This document shows, piece by piece, positions 62,788 through 64,000 of a stretch of 64,000 nt of DNA. The DNA lies in contig CBDAOB010000005.1 of NCBI GenBank assembly GCA_965197905.1, forward strand, positions 32,001-96,000, in the 5' to 3' direction. How positions within the stretch are numbered: the first letter of the stretch is position 1; each line of letters starts with the position of its first letter. Under the pieces are notes generated by a model. It searched no databases. It worked only from the letters and a program-made list of their open reading frames with translations, and had not been told where the DNA came from. The translations under genes and the position numbers were made by a program. The stretch is from Candidatus Latescibacterota bacterium. Its GTDB lineage: Bacteria; Latescibacterota; UBA2968; UBA8231.

Positions 62788-64000
62788 TCACTCCAGGTCA
62801 ACCAGCACCACCTCGTGCAACTCGACCCTGGGCACCACGATCACCTGCGGTGCTCCCGCGATCTCCAGAGTTGAATCCTGGAGGGGAAGTGTGGCCGCCT
62901 TGGCGTTGAAGCCGTTGAGGACAATCCGGATGTCGTGGACCGGGACGATCTCCTGAGTGAAGAAATAACGGTAGATATCCTCGCCGTCTATCTGCGGCGG
63001 ATACGGCGGCGACGGGTTGTTGAGCAGATGGATCATCAGCTCGCCGGAAGGACGCATGGCGGCAGTAACCTCGATCGCCTGGGGTGCGTCCACCTGGATC
63101 GGCGACGGTGTCCGTCCCACCAGGTTGGCGAGCAGATGCATCAAAGGCGGGTAAGGAACCTCGACGTAGGCGCGTCCGATGTCGCCGCTGAGGTAATACG
63201 CCGTACCCTTGCCGAACCGGTTGACGGTCACGGTGGGCTCGCCGGTGTCGTACTCCATATTCGGATTGAACTCGGGCAGCGTGTCTCCCTGCAGGCTGCT
63301 GCGGGTGCACAGGACCTCGATGTCGGCGTCAGGTCTGATTGCGACGGTAGACTCGATGCCGTAAAACGGTAGCAGCTGATACCCCGTCTCCGCGGCCAGC
63401 TCGCCCTGGGGCACGTAGACGACGCCGTCTCCGGGTCCCGTCTGGTGCGGCCCGGTGTGGTCGAGACCGAGAACCTCTGCCAGCGCGAAGTTGCCCCGGC
63501 GCTGACCCAGCTCATCCATGGTGGAGGTCTGATGGGTCGCGATGAGGGTGCCACCCTGTTCCACGTAGCGGCGGATGTTGTCCACCTGCGCATCGGACAG
63601 GCAGGCGCTGTTGGAGAGCACCAGGAGGGGGTAATCGAACAGGGTGTCGTCCCCCAGCTGCTTGTCGTGCAGGAAATCCAGCAGGATGTGGGAGCGGCCC
63701 AGCATGTCGTAGAGGCCGTAGATATCCTTTAGGGTGTACCCTCCCTCCTTGCCGATGTTCTTGTAGAGCTCTGCGGAACGAAAGTCGCGGTTTAGGGTAG
63801 AATAGTGGACGGCGGCGTATTTAACCGTATCGCCGGCGACGTACTCTCGTCGCTTCTTGGCTTCGGCGAAGCCGAAACGGATCATATCGTCCTGGAGATA
63901 GGGCGAGGTGTAGTTGGAGAAGGCGCTGCCCCCGTTGGCGATGGCGCCCAGTATATGCTGGGTGAAGATCCAGCGCTCCGGGTAAACCGTCAGGCCGGAC
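62788..64000 (-). CDS. Beta-galactosidase trimerisation-domain protein (glycoside-hydrolase-like), 5'-partial
   Basis: YPLLVLSNSACLSD..YVEQGGTLIAT..FGKG..Y..IHLLN; the frame stays open to the window end. Confidence 0.7.
   Translation of the reverse strand, partial: SGLTVYPERWIFTQHILGAIANGGSAFSNYTSPYLQDDMIRFGFAEAKKRREYVAGDTVKYAAVHYSTLNRDFRSAELYKNIGKEGGYTLKDIYGLYDMLGRSHILLDFLHDKQLGDDTLFDYPLLVLSNSACLSDAQVDNIRRYVEQGGTLIATHQTSTMDELGQRRGNFALAEVLGLDHTGPHQTGPGDGVVYVPQGELAAETGYQLLPFYGIESTVAIRPDADIEVLCTRSSLQGDTLPEFNPNMEYDTGEPTVTVNRFGKGTAYYLSGDIGRAYVEVPYPPLMHLLANLVGRTPSPIQVDAPQAIEVTAAMRPSGELMIHLLNNPSPPYPPQIDGEDIYRYFFTQEIVPVHDIRIVLNGFNAKAATLPLQDSTLEIAGAPQVIVVPRVELHEVVLVDLE

Overview
GC-rich bacterial window. 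The FlgD-Ig/T9SS-like C-terminal tails and cohesin+dockerin tails suggest an FCB-group organism such as Ca. Latescibacterota; this is inference only. Left flank (1-14.6 kb): a secreted M6 metalloprotease, a secreted M48-TPR-caspase-PEGA-FGE multidomain protein, a sulfotransferase, phosphoesterases, ugd and a LarA-like gene. Centre (14.7-48.9 kb): an accessory locus in which a TPR-sulfotransferase and a TIGR03032/DUF4915 gene, interleaved with three toxin-antitoxin modules, precede four tandem giant surface proteins (about 1.9-2.8 kaa). These four share an unusual conserved 84-86 aa N-terminal leader, carry ten 7-bladed FG-GAP propellers with variable loop positions, and end in cadherin-like/Ig/cohesin/dockerin domains. 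The array is followed by a signal-peptide-bearing protein with three Ig-like repeats fused to two phage tail-tube (gp19/Afp1-like) domains; no other contractile-system genes are present in the window. Right flank (49-64 kb): ordinary metabolic and regulatory genes. About ten frameshifts, several in homopolymers, suggest long-read indel errors, so several split ORFs are probably single genes. No rRNA, tRNA, CRISPR array, integrase, transposase or reverse transcriptase was recognised. All domain calls come from reading motifs by eye, with no database searches.
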